Origin: Leptolyngbyaceae cyanobacterium
GTDB lineage: Bacteria > Cyanobacteriota > Cyanobacteriia > Phormidesmidales > Phormidesmidaceae
Length of the DNA: 64,000 bases
Direction of reading: 5' to 3'
Assembly: GCA_965263355.1 (NCBI GenBank)
Contig: CBDHHL010000032.1
Coordinates: 1,088,001 to 1,152,000 of the forward strand
The notes below the pieces were generated by a model. It saw only the letters and a program-made list of their open reading frames with translations. It was not told the origin of the DNA and made no database searches. Every line of letters starts with the position of its first letter. Position 1 is the first letter of the stretch. This document shows, one piece after another, positions 62,470 to 64,000 of the stretch. A program made the translations under genes and the position numbers.

Positions 62470-64000
62470 ATGAAGTTTTGGTTTACCTTGATTCGGTCTT
62501 TACCCTCCATTTCTGAGCTAGACCACAGTGGAGGAATTTTTACAGATAGTGAGGAATCTCGACCAATAGAATCCCAAATATTGAATGTTTTAACTTCAGA
62601 GATTCAGCCTGTGAGGCCAATTTTACCCCAAGGCAATCCCACATTGGCTCAAATACCGGGGAGTTTAATTGTATTTCCAAGCGTGATTGTTTCTGTCATT
62701 GTTTTACTATTGCTAAGCATTTGGGCTTACACCCGAGTGTATGTGATTACCCCCAATAACGAAGCCTTTGTGCGCACTGGGGGTATTTTTGTAAAACAAA
62801 AGAAGGTGATTCTCCATGGTGGCTGTATTGTGTTACCTGGTTTTCATGAGTTGACACGGGTACCGCTGCGAGAGATTTCTATCGATGTAGAACGGACCGG
62901 CAACTTGGCGGTGCGTACCCAGGATTATTTGCGGGCCGATATGCGGGTCACCTTCTATGTTTGTATTAATGGGGTAGATCAAGATGTGTTGACGGCGGCT
63001 GCAAGACTTTCGCAAAACGGCAAAATTACTCCAGAAGATATGAAAAATGCCCTAGAAAAACGGGCGGATGATGCCATTCGAGCGGCTGCAAAGACTAAGA
63101 ACTTGGCGGAGATTGACTCAGATAAACTGGGATTTGCCCAGGAAGTATTGAATCTGGTGCAGCAAGATCTAGGTAAGGTGGGATTGACCCTTAATAATAT
63201 TGCGATTTCTGAAGTTCAGGAGAGTGATACCTATGATGAGAATAATTTCTTTGATGCCCAGGGTGTGAGGCTGCGTACAGAGACGATTCAGCGCTCTATC
63301 CAGCAAAAACGTGAGGTGGAACTAACTACCCAGGTGGCCATTGAGCAGAAAGAATTAGATGCGGAGAAACGGTCTCTACAGATTGCTCAGGAAAAAGCTA
63401 GTGCTCAATTGGAGCAAAATCTTGAAGTGGAGGCGATGCGCGCTCAGAGAGAACGGGAAGTGCAAGAGGCAAAGGCCAGGGAGACTGCTACAGCTCAAAA
63501 GACTCAAATTCAGCAGGAAAAAGCGGTTGAGGAAGAAGAGATTCAGCGCAAACTGTCGGTTCAACAACGGCAAATCGATGCTGATATTGATCTAGAAGAA
63601 CAAAACAAGAAGCTAAAGGTAACCCAGGTTCTGCAAAAGCAAGAGGCAGAACTAGCTGAAATTAACCGTAAAAAGGCAATTGATGCGGAGTCTTTAGAGG
63701 CTCAGGTCTTTTTAGAAGAGCAGAATAAGAAGCTGAAAGTGGCCCAGGCTGTTCAGCAACAGGAAGCAGAACTGGCGGAAATTACCCGTCAGAAGACAAT
63801 TGATTCAGAAACCCTGGAAGCTCAGGTCTTTTTAGAAGAGCAGAATAAGAAACTAAAGGTAGCTCAGGCAGAGCAACAGCAGGAGGCCGAGCTGGCAGAA
63901 ATCACCCGTAAGAAAATGGTGGATTCTCAAACTTTGGAAGCTCAGGTGCAGGTGGCGGAATCTGAGCGGTTGGCGCGGACTGCTCAGGAAGAGGTTGCGA
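62470..64000 (+). CDS. flotillin (YqiK-like SPFH) family protein, runs off the window edge
   Basis: Manual translation from ATG 62470: ...WAYTRVYVITPNNEAFVRTGG...VRTQDYLRADMRVTFYV...GLTLNNIAISEVQESDTYDENNFFDAQG then EA-rich coiled coil. Confidence 0.9.
   Translation, partial: MKFWFTLIRSLPSISELDHSGGIFTDSEESRPIESQILNVLTSEIQPVRPILPQGNPTLAQIPGSLIVFPSVIVSVIVLLLLSIWAYTRVYVITPNNEAFVRTGGIFVKQKKVILHGGCIVLPGFHELTRVPLREISIDVERTGNLAVRTQDYLRADMRVTFYVCINGVDQDVLTAAARLSQNGKITPEDMKNALEKRADDAIRAAAKTKNLAEIDSDKLGFAQEVLNLVQQDLGKVGLTLNNIAISEVQESDTYDENNFFDAQGVRLRTETIQRSIQQKREVELTTQVAIEQKELDAEKRSLQIAQEKASAQLEQNLEVEAMRAQREREVQEAKARETATAQKTQIQQEKAVEEEEIQRKLSVQQRQIDADIDLEEQNKKLKVTQVLQKQEAELAEINRKKAIDAESLEAQVFLEEQNKKLKVAQAVQQQEAELAEITRQKTIDSETLEAQVFLEEQNKKLKVAQAEQQQEAELAEITRKKMVDSQTLEAQVQVAESERLARTAQEEVA
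63592..63951 (+). repeat. three tandem 120-bp (40-aa) repeats inside the flotillin coiled coil
   Basis: LEEQNKKLKV.Q..Q.QEAELAEI.R.K..D...LEAQV starting at 63592, 63712 and 63832. Confidence 0.9.

Overview
Chromosomal window from a cyanobacterium. The HIP1 octamer GCGATCGC is frequent, and psaA/psaB, tmRNA, ndhF1, two phycobiliprotein lyases and an hli gene are present. The organism is probably a filamentous, non-heterocystous Leptolyngbya-like strain (inference). Main point of interest: a patterning locus in which hetR lies directly downstream of a patX-type secreted peptide gene carrying FOUR RGSGR inhibitor motifs at an exact 12-aa period. That gene has an NtcA box and a DIF1-like promoter, and this HetR has Ser at the position equivalent to the PatS-contacting Glu254; hetF lies about 28 kb away. 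Other notable items: a DUF559 nuclease bracketed by palindromic repeats; GTAG-type REP palindromes with locus-specific inverted flanks; a 139-bp MITE with an 8-bp target duplication; a decaying compatible-solute/sugar cluster (glpK, fructokinase and SPS-like pseudogenes beside intact HAD phosphatase and gpsA); a permease-histidine kinase fusion; an MscS-DEP fusion; a PsaA/PsaB pair with picocyanobacteria-like signatures; and three IS remnants. All family assignments come from motif recognition, not database searches.
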